A stretch of 64,000 bases of DNA from assembly GCA_951406725.2 (NCBI GenBank), contig OX597839.1, positions 310,001 through 374,000 on the forward strand, given 5' to 3'. How positions within the stretch are numbered: the stretch's first letter is position 1; each line of letters begins with the position of its first letter. This DNA is from Octopus vulgaris. Taxonomy: Eukaryota. Below the pieces are notes generated by a model, which was given only the letters and a program-made list of their open reading frames with translations, was not told the DNA's origin and did not search any database. The position numbers were made by a program, and so were the translations under genes. Shown here in pieces: positions 14,256 to 27,279 of the stretch.

Positions 14256-15716
14256 GTAATATATAAATATATTATAATATAACAAACGAAGACAAAAACG
14301 ATTCCTTCAAAGGGATTGCCAATTGTATTTCTCTATTAATTTATTATTTGTAATTCATATATATATATATATATATATATATCTGTAAAATAATATGTGA
14401 CAATTATTCGGTAGCCAAGATATCACACCAAAGAGATGGTGGTGTGGATTTCCACCTCGCCATCCGAAACTCAGAGTTTTATCTTGGCTACCGAATAATT
14501 GTCACATATTATTTTACAGATAAATTTCCTCTATTTACAAAATATTGAGGTCTCTTTCTTTCTTTTGTTATCTTACCGTTTTACCAATATATATATATAT
14601 ATATATATATAGTGCTCAAATTTACAGAAAACAAATAATGAAGGCAAGTGAAGGAACAACAGGTGTATTAGTTTAATGCGCTGGAAGAATGGAAAACTCG
14701 TTAATGTTTTGAGAAGGGATTAAGAGTAAAAAAAAAAACTCTTAGACAGAAGGGATTAAGAGTAAAAAAAAAAAACTGAGAGAGAGGAAAAAGAAAAATG
14801 TGTAGGGATTAATGGTTTGACATGATGTTTGAATATTTTTTGAAACTGCCATTATTCTGTGTTATTTTTTTATTATTCCAGAAAAGCTAAACAACAACAA
14901 CAACAACAACAGCTACAAGAAAATTGGTGAGTCAAGATTCCAGTTTGATATTTTTACATTAATAGTTATGACAGCATGGTCGTGGTCAGAAGACTTTCAT
15001 CATAGGTTTGCAGGATCAAAGCTGACCTGTGGCTAAACAAGGAAGGGCACATTAGAGAACGTAATCCTAGATACATTATGTCGAAATAAAAGGTGACATA
15101 GTAACAACAGCAAAGATGTTGCCAAACCGTACAACCCATGCCAGCATGGAGAATGGATGGCAAATGATGATGATGTATATACAATGGGTTACTACATAGT
15201 TTCCATTTACCAAATTCGTTTGTAGGTATTGGTCACCCTGGGCCGTGTTTAGTGTTTAGCTGTCTTGTGGCTTAACCAAGAGAGGTTGTGTGGGAGAGTG
15301 GACAGGAAGGGCTGGAAACGGACTCCTCTTTTTCCCAAACCCACATCAACTGTTTCAAGTTGAACTTGGAAATGAAAGGGGAAGTCAATAGAGACTCTGC
15401 CCCTTCTGTGCATATGAAGCTGCACTGGGAGAAAAGATCCCTTATTTTAAAAAGGCAGGTATGAAATTGCATCAGGAAGGGCACACCCTCAACAGCATAG
15501 TCGTCTAATTCATACTAAGATGGGAAAATAGACAAAGAAAAGAAAACGTGAAGAAACACAGGCGTAGCAGTGTTGATAAGAAGCCTGCTTTGCAACCAAG
15601 TGGCTTCGAGTTCAGTCTCACTATTCAGAACTTTAGGCGAGCATCCATTGGGCTAACCAAAACCTTGTGAATGGATTTGGTAGGAGAGAAGTGTCAGTAA
15701 GCCAGTCATGTGTGTG

Positions 15717-15749
<33 letters not shown>

Positions 15750-17475
15750 TGGTGCTATATAAAATGCAGTTAGTAGACTCTGTTGAGTGGCTAATGTTAG
15801 GAAGGGTAGCCAACTGTAGAAATCAAACCAAAACAGACTCGGGACCTTTTGTGCCTTTTAAGGGTATTAATACCCAATTGTTTGCCGTTTTAATGGCAAT
15901 ACTGCACTTGAAAATATCACCTTCTTGTCTGTATCCTAGAATACAGATTGGAAGCTTTAAAGAAAAAACAAATGTAAGTTTGTTTATATACACATTATAC
16001 ATTTGCTTGTATGTGTGTGTGTTAGTCCCTGCTGCTGCTTGACAACCAGTGCTGGTTTGTTTACAGCCCAGTAACTTAGTGGTTTCAGCAAATAAAACAA
16101 AACAAAAACAAACTGACACAACAAGTACCAGATCGAAAAATAAATTGTTGGGGTTGATTTCTTCAACAAAACCCGATGCCCCAGCATGGCCACAGTCCAA
16201 CGACATAAATGAATAAAGAGCAAAAGATAAATAGTTGAAAGCTTTATACACAATTTTATATTTCAGATCCTCTGATCCCTTCCTCAGGTTAGCTAAACTG
16301 AAACACAATATTCATCCTACCCTTCCATCCATCCTTTCCACACAGTATTCCTGCGTATGTCTTGCTGGCAGAATCCTCAGGTCCTTCTTCCATAGGCTCT
16401 TACCAGAAGCAATCATCATTACATTTTCCTGCTGGGTTCCTGTTCTGAAAGGATTCCAACCACTCCTCAAGGAACTAAAAAGTGGACTGACTCATTGTTA
16501 TAAAACAAAGACCTGTGAGCGATTGGCAGTTTGGGTTGGTAGCAGTTCACTGTGAGCCGTTGATAGAGAGCAATGTGTCTTGTGTAAATAGTAATAGTAG
16601 TGCATTATCCAATGCAAGGATATATTAATTTCCCAAACATAACCAAATGAGACTATGGATATCATCCAACTCCCACATTCTTCGTCTTTTGCTGTGTCTG
16701 CTTCTGGTTCAGCTCAACTTGAAGAATTCGTCATGCGATTCTTTCCTGTGACATTTTAATTGCATGTCTTTGGTACCAGAGCTGTGACCTGTTAATGTGG
16801 AGAGAAGTAGCAACTCAACTTGGAGAGACCCCCTTCATCTCTGAGCTAAGCTACAAGGGAGTGTTGAAAAGCTCCTGGCTTTAAGGGTATCACGAAAGAC
16901 CTTGCTAGAGGCCCGACCTTCCAAGTTCTTTTACAGAGATTAGAAAAACTGAAGGACCACTGCAATAAGTGTGTGAATCTGGGAGGGGGATATGTTAAAT
17001 AACATCATAATTAATTGATCCTTTTCAACAGACCTTTGTATTCTCAGATACAATATAAAGCCAATGACAGTGATGATGATGGCTTTAGTGAAAGGGATTG
17101 TGTTGGGGACCCAAGAAAAAGGGCCGAAGACAGACTCCTTCCTCTTTAGCTGAACCCTCATCAACTTTTTCAAGTTTCACTTGGAAAAGGAAGTGGAAGC
17201 CAATAAAGACTCCCTTTGTGCATGGGAGCTGCATGGGAGAAAAGGTCCCTTAATTGAAAAAGGGAGGTATTAGTTTGCATGTGGAAGGGCTATGCAATGT
17301 TTCTCAAGGGACCCTTCAGAAGATCCCCATTTCAGTTTCTTGTATTCATGATTGTGCTCTATCAAATTTACAGTATTGAACCTAGTTAATTAACAATTTT
17401 TCTTTTCAATCTCTTTCTGTTAATGAAGGTCAAGGAAGCAGTGCATCTGGAAAAGAATTGGGCCAGAATTGTTGA
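4664..17475 (+). CDS. TNF-receptor-like Cys-rich single-pass membrane protein, 3' part; exons 4664-4792, 5395-5467, (8337-8406?), 10070-10135, 10645-10662, 12924-12941, 14882-14926, 16267-16287, 17429-17475
   Basis: All exons are bounded by pyrimidine-tract AG and GT donors. Translation: [66 protein letters not shown] (TNFR-like Cys spacing), then TM segment [21 protein letters not shown], then phase-1 exons joining in frame to ...GKELGQNC-stop. The phase link through the stalk exon(s) is unresolved, and the 5' exons lie outside the window. Confidence 0.6.
6190..7745 (+). mobile_element. Rearranged CR1-group LINE 3' fragment containing a ~300-bp-arm palindrome
   Basis: RT motif YADD and KFQAL...VRDLG at 6500-6780; C-terminal [19 protein letters not shown] (7076-7441); 6481-6778 is inverted-duplicated at 6792-7090. 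Confidence 0.8.
9265..9655 (+). mobile_element. Short interspersed repeat ending in (GAT)n; related copies at ~13700-14055, 36290-36450(-), 53340-53690(-), 58440-58800, 59070-59220, 63840-64000(-)
   Basis: Shared core GGAGTGGTTGGCGTTAGGAAGGGCATCCAGC...AACCCATGCTAGCATGGAAA...GGACGTTAAA(TGA)n repeated across the window. Confidence 0.8.
11040..11862 (+). mobile_element. Degenerate mariner (Tc1/mariner) transposon remnant
   Basis: Mariner-like HTH remnant ([22 protein letters not shown]), AAKFVP and VITGDESW motifs; terminal GGATACCCCCTCATA. Confidence 0.7.
12120..12330 (-). mobile_element. tRNA-derived SINE family B; copies at ~38040-38250, 44575-44790, 44795-44995, 54865-54990
   Basis: Repeated motif AATTTTGGCACAAGGCCAGC...AAAGGCAAAGTCGACCTCGGC...ATTTGAACTC; minus strand has a B-box-like GTTCAAAT. 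Confidence 0.7.
12340..12760. repeat. (CA)n/(TA)n microsatellite tract, one of many (also 7785, 8810, 9740, 14060, 27165, 60610-60860, 61670-62070)
   Basis: Simple dinucleotide and tetranucleotide runs. Confidence 0.95.
13060..13330 (+). repeat. Degenerate ~45-bp tandem repeat (ACATTAGATAATGTAGTCCTAGATACACTATG); second array at ~26315-26780
   Basis: Motif recurs several times in each array, with single copies elsewhere (e.g. ~47610). Confidence 0.65.
14383..14520. repeat. Hairpin with ~40-bp arms, probably a Penelope-like terminal remnant
   Basis: CTGTAAAATAATATGTGACAATTATTCGGTAGCCAAGATA pairs with TATCTTGGCTACCGAATAATTGTCACATATTATTTTACAG; embedded in (TA)n. Confidence 0.7.
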
Positions 17476-18221
17476 ATTGAATTAAATGAGCTGCTTTCGA
17501 CCCAGTGAAAGTTTCATCATCACCATCATCATTTAACATCATCATCATTAGTTTAAAAATCATCACCCCTGAGTTTAAAATCGGTGCATGCCCTACAGCA
17601 TGCCCTACAGCATTAATTTTCCTTTAGTTAACACTAGGTATCAGTCATTACAGATATAAGTTAATTATGTAAATAAACAATTTTTAGTTTTAAATACTTG
17701 AATTATTACATATTTTCTACAAATCTTCTCTATTGAAGTTACTAAGTTGTATATAAATACTTCATCATGATTTTAGTGATTAGGCTATTTTATATCCTTT
17801 TCTATGGTGTTTCTACTCTAACCGATCATTTTAATGCTTTATAATTGCCTTTAGACAAACCTAAATTTTTGTACCCCTATAAATCCATACTTAGCTTATA
17901 AAATAACAATATGGATATCTTCACAACTTAAAATTAAACTGCTTAGATTATAATTTAACTAATTTATAGTAAATTTTTTCTCTAGCCTTAATGATAAATC
18001 TTCCTGATTAACCCTAAATTTTAACTTTATACAATAACTAGCATTAAAGACCCGTCGTTGCCGGGTCATAGTGCTAGTGCATGTATATATGTGTATATAT
18101 ATGTGTACATATTACATGTACATCTATATATATATACATCTACACATAAAATGCAAAATACAAATTTAAATCTTGATATCGCTAGTGATAACATTACTCA
18201 AAATATATAACAGACTGGAAT

Positions 18222-20665
18222 TGATTTTTTATTACCCACAAGGGGTGAACATAGAGGGGACAATACGACCTGATGTGGGGTCAGATTTTCGGATGGGATT
18301 ACAAAAAGATGAGCTTTTAAAAGTTTACAAAAATACAAAAATATCAAAAAATCGAATGAAGAACAGACCGGAAGACATTACGGATGGAGTGGGGGCGGGT
18401 TTAGCTCGGACCCCACGAGCCCCGCCTCACCACTGATACTTTGGTTTCCGTCCTGTTTTACATTTATGTGGTATCATTCACACGCAACATTCGTGCTACA
18501 TCCTTCCATCTTTCTTCATACCCTTTCTTAGTCAGGCATTTTCTCTCCAGCCCTATCTTCCTTTTCAGGTGAAAGATGAAGTAATTCATCAAACCAGGGC
18601 CGGATATGAACTTGCCTGACCGTAAACCTTTCATTCTCGTCTTCCATATCACCTCTTTCACAATTGCAACTACAACGAGAAAACAATTCTTAGCTTCTTT
18701 CGCGAGGAAATCTGGTGGGTCAATTTTTATAATAGACTCAGTCGACAGCTGTACTCTTCATGTGCTTGACAACAGCTGTTCGGCATAAACCCACACCTCT
18801 GACACAACCGAACATTGAACAATAGCATGCGGGACGGTTTCCCTATCCCGCTCGTATCTTGGACATGTCGGACTGTCTTGGCCATAGTGCCTTGCGAGTT
18901 TATCCCGAACAAGTAGAGCTCCTCTGTAACATTGCCACGCCAGAGACTTCTGGAAGTTGTCCAGGGTCTTCGGCCCGAATATACGTTGGAACAGACTGGC
19001 CAGCTGATTATCGTCGAGACCTAGGGCTTCCCCTAAGGTATCTTCACTTTTCGCCTCTACCAGCCCTCTATAGAAGAATGTGGTGGAACCCCCACCGCAG
19101 GCGTTGCCCGAGCGATGGAATAGCCACCGCCAAGACCAGGTCTTGACTACTGCAGCCACCCTGCTCGATACCTCACCCCAGTTCTTCTCTATTTGGAGGT
19201 CTGGTCCAAACCAAACCCCTAGCAATTTAATCAGACCCTCCAGGTCCTCTTGCCTCTCCATGTGCCAAGCTGCAAGCCGACTGACTTTTCACAATTAACC
19301 TTTGCTCCTGTCACCGTCTCGTAAACCTCTATGGCCTTGCCTACCCTCTGTAGGTGATCCATTTCGGTTACGATGATGGTGATGTCATCCGCGTAAGCTG
19401 ACACCGATTTTCCACAACCTGGCTGTCTCGGGATGCTGCTCAGTTTTCGCAGTAATGGCTCAAGAGCCACCACGTACAAAAGCAGGGAAAGTGGACACAC
19501 TTGACGAACCGAGTGCTTGATGTTGAACGGCTTCTTTTCGAAGCTGTTCACCCGAACTACCGAGTCGATGTTATCGTAAATTTGAATAATCCACCTGAGG
19601 AAGCTCTGGGCCAGAACGGACACCAGGTAGTGATGGTCGACCCTATCAAATACTTTAGGTTGGTCTAAATGGACCAGTGCCCCACCCTTGCCAGAGACAC
19701 TATTAAACCCCTCTATAGTGTACCGCATAAGATGGAGATTATCCTGAATGGTTCTGCCGGGAACATCACATGTCTGTACCTCCCCGATCAGACCATCCGC
19801 GACATGCGCCAATCTTTTCGATAACACTTTGGCCAAAATCTTCAACTCTGTGTTTAGCAGAGTGATGGGCCTGAAATTATCAACGCACTCCCCCTTGTTC
19901 GGGTCCTTTCTGACGAGCGTCACTACTCCCTGCCGCACAGATCTGGGAATGAACCTGTTCTGCTGCCAGTTCGCATAGACCTTCGCCAGTAGGTGCCCGA
20001 ACAAGTCTGGCATACTCTTATATAACTCATAGGGTAGACCATCCAAACCCGGCGCCTTGCCCACGCCACAGTTCGCCATTGCCTCAGCCACTTCCTCAGG
20101 CGTGATTGGCCCTTCACAGCCCTCCGCATCTCACCCCGATAGGTGCGGCAGCCCGTCGAGGAGGTCCGTAAAGTCCCTCCTTCTATCCGGTCCGCCACCC
20201 CCACCAAAAAGCTGAGCGAAGTGCTCCTGAAAGGCCTCACACATCTCCTCGGGTTCATTTATCAACTTACCTTGTTGGTTCGTCAAAGATCGAATTGTGC
20301 TGTTCCCGGCAGAACCATTCAGGATAATCTCCATCTTATGCGGTACACTATAGAGGGGTTTAATAGTGTCTCTGGCAAGGGTGGGGCACTGGTCCATTGT
20401 GGCATCATTACCACGCTGAGCTTCCACCACTCAGGCCCATCTCGTGGCATTGATTCCCTCACAACCCACTGCGCGGATCCTAGCCCTGACAATGCAGCCC
20501 ATGTGTTTGGCCTCGAGGTGCTGGTTTAACGCCAGTCTCTTGGCCGTCACCTGAGCCACAGAGCCAGTTTTCATGGCTTCCTCTAATTCCTTAGCTAGAG
20601 TTAATTCCCTCCTAGCGTCTCTAGCCACTAATCCTATGCTATATCTAATAGACTCGAATTTAATG
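18222..20665 (-). mobile_element. 5'-truncated L1/Tx1-clade LINE (ORF2 RT and C-terminal region, 3' UTR)
   Basis: ORF 19231-20091: KAPGLDGLPYELY, FRPITLLNTELKILAK, FDRVDH, AYADD. Downstream zf-RVT-like CPR...ETVPHA..C. Minus-strand AATAAA near 18230. Confidence 0.9.
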
Positions 20666-21079
20666 GTTTTTTCTCAAAAACCCAGTTTTTTTTTAATAGG
20701 ACCAACACCCCACCCCCGCCGGTAGGACTGGCCGGAGAGAAAAACCTCTTATAGCCGTCAAACAGCAAATTCATCATTCAAATTTTACTTCATCATCATT
20801 CAAATTTTACCATCATTATTCAAATTTTATTTCAGCTTCTTTCGTGTTGAGTACAGTAACAATCTTTATTTTTTAAAATCTAAAGTGTTATTGCTTAACA
20901 GTTGTCCTACAGCGATAAACAAGGGATCATGGTATATAAAGTGGAAATTTACAATAAAATTCTTTATCTTCTATTTTAATGATAGTTTTGTTGCATTTTG
21001 AAAAATAAAAATTCATTTTATGGTTTATTGTTGTTTGTATTTTGAATTACATATACATGAGAGCACCAAAATCTCTTAA

Positions 21080-21900
21080 GTGCTTTGGGGTCCCTATGGG
21101 TCTTAATCTTGCCCTGCACTAGAATGACTTTGTTTCCAGCACTGAAGTTCTCAAAGAGGCTGAAGCCATGAGGATGGAGGCTAATCTATGCAAGCTGCAG
21201 GTCTGCTGGAGAGGGCTTGTTTCCAGGATGGTGGATCATTGCTTGTCCAAGATTGGTGTTGCATGGTGGACTCTCAACTGGTTTTCATGACAGAATGGCT
21301 CTGAAGAAAAGATACAAAGAAATCTCTTGGTACCAGTTACATTGTCCATTGTCAGTGGCTCACTGTAGGTTCCGATCATGTGGTTTGACAATATACTCTT
21401 GACCAGTCAGTCTACTGCTTTGAGAATATACGCAGGGTTGACTCTGAGGGCACCAGGAGATTGAAGAAGGGCATTGACACAAACACAAGGAACCCAGAGC
21501 AGAATTACCCTGTAACGCATCCCACATTACTAAAGAAAAGATACAAGGGGCACCCTAGGGATATCCCTTGGTACCTGTCACAGTGTCAACTGTCAGTAGT
21601 CTCCTGTAGGTTTTATATGTGATGCTTGATTATACACCTGTGGTCAGTGGGTCTTTTTTGATATTTGCATGTAGGGTTGACTTTGAGGGCGCCAGGAGGT
21701 TGAAGAAGAGCATTGACACAAACACATGGAACCCAGAGCAGAATTACCCTGTGCTTTGGGTCCCTATGGGTCTTAATCTGGCCCTGCACTAGAATAACTT
21801 TGTTTCCAGCACTGAAGTTCTCAAAAAGGCTGAAGCCATGAGGATGGAGGATAAACTATGCAAGCTGCAGGTCTGCTGGGGAGGGCTTGTTTCCAGGATG
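21080..21900 (+). repeat. Local direct duplications (21080-21230 ~ 21751-21900; ~21330-21510 ~ 21580-21750)
   Basis: Near-identical GTGCTTTGGGGTCCCTATGGGTCTTAATCT...TTTCCAGGATG blocks and repeated GATTGAAGAAG...GCAGAATTACCCTGT blocks. Confidence 0.75.
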
Positions 21901-21939
21901 TCAAAAAGAAACACTATCTTTCACCAGCACACCAGGGTT

Positions 21940-22435
21940 GGCACTGTGTGAACAACAGCGCATTCTCGTAACTTTGTGAAAGGCAGGAAAAAGCAGACTT
22001 CTCTTGACACGTTTCTAATGAAACGACCTGCAAGTGTAAAAAGCGAAGAAAGTGTGTCCAAAAAGTCTAAATTAAGCGAAGTGAGAGAAAACACCATAAA
22101 TTGTTCTTCCTGGAGTCTTAATGGAAGGAGATTCTCCTTCCAAACAGTAATCCTCCTTCCCGCTCTATCGCCTTCATGGCGCACAAATTGTCCCATCAAT
22201 TAATAAAACCAGTTTACATATTTCTTTTGCTTTCTCTTTTTTTTATAATTGTGATTTTACTTGTAACTACACCTTTTCTGTTTTAAAAGCCATAAAAAAA
22301 AATTATTTTTTGGGTGGTTCTGGTGGGGGTTGGAACGGATTAATTATATTTTAGTTAATTTCAATGGGGAAAATTGATTCGTAAGACAAGCTTGGTCATG
22401 GAACGAATTAAACTCGTACTGCGAGGTATTACTGT
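21940..22435 (+). mobile_element. pogo/Tigger-like DNA transposon 3' remnant
   Basis: KKQTSLDTFL C-terminal motif and terminal ...CGAGGTATTACTG followed by TA. Confidence 0.5.
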
Positions 22436-22439
22436 ATCA

Positions 22440-23290
22440 TAATTACATAAATACAAAATGTACCACCATGCATTTTGGGAGGAGAAACCCAGCGTCCACC
22501 TACTCCCTCCACAACACTAGTCTCAAAAAGTCTTCATGTGAACGTGACCTGGGTGTTATTGTCGACAGTGATTTGCGTTGGACAAAACACATCGCTAAAA
22601 TTGTCAAGAAGGCTGAGGGTGTCTTGGCATCACTCACCAAATCCTTTGTGAGCCACTCTCCGGCTATCTATCTGAGGCTTTATATAGCTATGGTAAGACC
22701 TCACCTGGAATTTGCATCACCGGTCTGGAACTGCTATCTTGCCCAGGACATCAATCGTCTGGAAGCTGTTCAGCGACGTGCAACCAAAAGAATACCCTCC
22801 ATCAGGCATTTGCCATATCCTGAACGCCTTACTTCCCTGGGCATGGACACATTGAAACTCCGACGTCTGGCAGCTGACTTGGCAGACACCCATAAAATTA
22901 TCAACCATCGCACAAACAATAACTCTGAGCACCTCTTCAAACTCCACCCGTCTAACACCCGTGGACATATTTACAAAGTAAGAAAACAGCACAGCTCCCA
23001 TGACTTCAGGAAAGATTTTTTCACGCTGAGAGTTGCTGAAGCATGGAACAAACTGCCGGCATCGGTTGTTAGTTGTCGGAGCACTGCATCCTTCAAAACT
23101 TCCATGCATCCTGAGATTCGCCAACACTACACTTGATTTTCTCCCCTCCATACACACACAAGCATGTATCTGATTCATACATTGTTCGCTTTCCAGACAT
23201 TTCTACATTACTGCATGTACTTTATATGCACTTTCTGACAAGTTGTGGTGCACCTGAGCACTGTATACAATAATTTCATTATTATTATTT
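22440..23290 (+). mobile_element. CR1-like LINE 3' end (ORF2 C-terminus, 3' UTR, (ATT)n tail); short 3' copy at 27562-27775
   Basis: ORF 22468-23136 has ERDLGV, VRPHLEFASPVW, FFTLRVAEAWNKLP; the tail is duplicated at 27562-27775. Confidence 0.9.
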
Positions 23291-24876
23291 TCATTATTAT
23301 ATATGCATACATACACACACATGCATACCGACACACATACTTACATACATACTGTTTGTGTGTGTCCCACAGTCATCGCCGGACAACAGGTGTTGGTTTG
23401 TTTTTATGTCCCCAACAAAAAATAAAGAGAAATCCCATCCTATGTGGGATAGCAATTCCAAAAGCCTGACCAGGGAACTTCTGCTCCAAATGCAATGAAT
23501 GTTCATAGCGCAAAATTCATCAAATTCCGTCCCATCCTCACCCCACAATTTCTTGTTCCTGATATATTTCTAAACGTTTCTTTTGTCTCAAGAAAATTAA
23601 GACAGAAGAAGAGGTAAATAATTTGAGCTCGAATGCTGCGATTTCATTGGTTAAAATTCTTAAAATTAAACTACGTTTAAGTTACGAATTACAATTTTGT
23701 TTTCAATTTTGTTTACAATAATGTTTTCTTTTGACACATTCTACCAGTATACGAAGTTTAAAATTTTTTAGTTAACTAGGAAAATCTGGCCTTCAAAATG
23801 AAAAGATCCTGGTCTTTTTCAACCATTTGTCCGTCCTTAATCTACTCTAGATTATTACGATATCGACTGCCCGACTTTACTTCCACCACCTCTTGTCCAA
23901 ATTCACACTCTATTTCTCTCGTACCTCTTTCTCCCTGTCTTCTCTTCTCGCTTTCTTTTTCACATTGCTCTCTTTCTCTCTCTCACGTTTTTTTATTCTC
24001 TCACTCAATTCATTCTCTCTCTCTCACTCACATCTCTTACTCTGACTCTCTCACTTTTCTTACTCTCCCCCCTATCTCTCTCACTCACAGCTCTTACTCT
24101 GACTCTCTCACTTTTTTTACTCTGCACCCCCTCTCTCTCTCTCACTCACATCTCTTACTCTGACACACTCACTTTGTCCTCTCTCCCTCTCACTTTTTTT
24201 ACTCTGCCACCCCTCCTCTCTCTCGATCACTTCTCTTACTCTAATTCTCTCACTCAATCCATGACGGATGTAAAGAATACATACACCTCCCGTTTTCGGC
24301 CTAACAAAAGCCCTAAACCCTAAACCCTCACCCCAACTCACTCTGTCCACTCTCTCTCTCTCTCTCTCTCCCTCTTTATCTCCATATCCCCCTCTTTTCT
24401 TCCACCCTTTCTTCCTCCTTCTCCACTTACTCTAATCTTTAACATTGAGCAAGATCATTGATCGAACTCACCAACCAATGCTTTAAAGAAAGCAGACACT
24501 AAAAAAAAACAATAAAACATAAACAAAAACAAAAACCCATACCAAGGGAGATAATTATCAGCTGAGTTTGTTTCGGTGTCGAGAAATTACGTTTGATCGA
24601 CGGAGCTGCCAGCGAAACACTGTAAGTTTTCACCTTAAATATATATACATATATATATATATATTTTAGAATTTTTTTGCGTAATAAGATAAAAAAACCA
24701 AAGGTGTGTAGATATTAGAGCATACACACGCTGACATAGAACCAACGTTGAACCCCTTATTCGCAAAATCACCGAACCTGGAACTTAACTATGGTCTGTC
24801 TATAGCACTTATTCAGCGTTACCTGACACCTTTGGGTCTCAATCACACCATTATCTCTTATATATATATATATATT

Positions 24877-25315
24877 TAAATATTTGGCGATCTTTCGTCT
24901 CTCGTAGACCTTTCCGTCGATTTCCGTAAAAATTTTTTTTTTTTTTTAGATATGGGCTTGCGGGAACTTTTGAAGTAATGAGAGCGAAAGAGACTAAGAG
25001 AAAGCGATTGTATGACGAGGGAAGTTCTTTTGAAGTTACCGTGCATGGCAAGCATTGATGTACATGTGTGTGTGTGTTTGATGGAGTGTGGGAGAGACAG
25101 TATGTTGTGTAAGTGAAGTGCTTCTGTTAGTGTGTGCGAAGAGACAGAGAGAGTAATGTGTGAAAGAAAGAGATAACTGAAATTTTTTACTCGGTGTATG
25201 TGTATATGTATGTATATTACTTCAAAAGTTCCCGCAAGCCCATATGTAAAAAAAAAAAATTTTTACGGCAATCGACGGAAAGGTCTACTAGAGACGAAAG
25301 ATCGCCAAATATTTT
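24877..25315. mobile_element. MITE-like element with ~100-bp terminal inverted repeats inside (TA)n
   Basis: AAATATTTGGCGATCTTTCGTCTCT...TTTTGAAGTAAT matches the inverted ATTACTTCAAAAG...GATCGCCAAATATTT. Confidence 0.8.
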
Positions 25316-25717
25316 AATATATATATAATGTGTGTGTGTGTTTATTTGAATGTCTTTTTAATGTTTCATTTAGAGTCTCTTTACCCTTCTCCGTTTTTAC
25401 ATTGATGTAAATAACTCGTCTTGGGTGTTCGTTGGGCCGTCCTTTGTCTCGTTAAACAGAGATTCGGGAGAATACACACCACATTGACAATCAGATCCCC
25501 TGGGATCGATGTGATCGATTAAAATCGTCAACGAAAATCAGTAGGAGAGTAAACCCTATGTTAAATTAAGCCTGGAAGATAATGACATCCGCCCCTCTCC
25601 AAGCAGTGTTCCTTGACCGTTTTAATTGCTATTTTACTCGGATGGTCCCCTATTGAGCCATTCGATATTTTTAAAGTTTTATTATATATTCTACTATTAA
25701 ATGTTATTAGGAATTGT

Positions 25718-26123
25718 GGATCTTTTCGGTTTGAACGGCAGTTTTTTTTAATAATTTCCGCGTAACTAAATACTTTTAAACTTCGTATACTGGTAGAATG
25801 TGTTTATAAAACATCTTTTTGTCTTGGCTTTATTGAGAAAATTCTGTAGTTTGTAAGCTATTTGTTGTTGTTTTTTTCTGCAATTTCAACCAATCACTGA
25901 CGTCTATTGAGGTGAAAACATTCTGTGCCGTATGAATATGTCCCTCGTTTAAGAAACAGATTGGGTTTATTTACATTTGTGAAGAAAAAAAGATACCCTT
26001 CCCCCTAACCCCTAACCCTAAAACAGATTGAAATGCAATAGATCGATACTAGGGTCATAATTATGGGTGACAATTTCATATGAGACCGCTAGAAAATAAC
26101 TGCCGTTCAAACCGAAAAGATCC
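25718..26123. mobile_element. 406-bp MITE, GG-starting TIRs, 8-bp TSD GGAATTGT (Merlin-like or hAT)
   Basis: TIR GGATCTTTTCGGTTTGAACGGCAGTT / AACTGCCGTTCAAACCGAAAAGATCC; identical 8-bp flanks. Confidence 0.9.
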
Positions 26124-27279
26124 GGAATTGTATAAAAACATTTATTAAAATATCTTGTGTATTGTAGAAGTATGACCAGTTTATTGGAGATAAATGTTAA
26201 AATATTTGATGGGCCTCAATCCATTGCCCTACGTTGCTGCTACGATCTGCTAGAAGCAACAATCAAACCTGCCTCAAAGTAAATCTCCCTTACTGTCTTC
26301 GGAAATGAAACGACCCATTGAATAATGTAGTCCTAAATACACCATGTCAAAATAAACTACAGAATATATTAGAAAATGTCGTAGACTCGCTATGTATATA
26401 AAATAGAATACAATAAATACATTATGTCCCGGACATAACTATTTTTATGCAAATCACATTAGGTAGTGTATCCTAGATACACTATGTATATAAAACATCA
26501 CACTGGTTCATATAATCCTAGATACACAATGTCCTTATATATGACATCATATTCTGTACTTTCGGGATGACAACAAACAAGATGAGGACACCTATCCCTC
26601 CATTGTAAATAATATCAGATAATGTCCTAGATACACGATATCTGTATAAATCAAAATACATTAAATGATGTAGTCTTCGATACACTATGTCCGTATATTA
26701 GATAATGTTTTCCTAGACATATTACGTTTGTATAAAAGGCAGAACACATTAGAATAATGTAGTCCTAGATACACTGTCTGAAAGATTGGACGGTCGTGAT
26801 TGAAAAAGCTTTGATCACCATAGATCTGCTCATTCAAAGTTGACATCGGGTTAAACCACTTCAACACGCACCAGCAAATGTGGTTACCTCTATGTGGTTG
26901 TTCGGCCTACTAGAAATAGCAGCCAGTCTCTCGCAAAGCTTACGTTTATTCTTTTCTCATTTATTTGTGTCAGTCATTTGACTGCGACCATTTTGGGTTT
27001 TTAGTCGAATAAATCGACCACAGTACTTATATTTTGTTATAGTCGGGTATTTATTTTATCGGTTTCCTATTGCCGAACTGCTAAGTCACCGAGGTCATAA
27101 ACAAAAGAACACCTGTGGTCAAGTGATGAGATGGGGTGGGGACAAACACAAACAGGGAGACAGATTAGATAGATAGGTAGATAGATAGATAGGTAGATAG
27201 ATAGATAGATTGGATAGATAGGTAGATAGATAGATAGATAGATAGATAGATTGGATAGATAGATAGATAGATAGATAGA

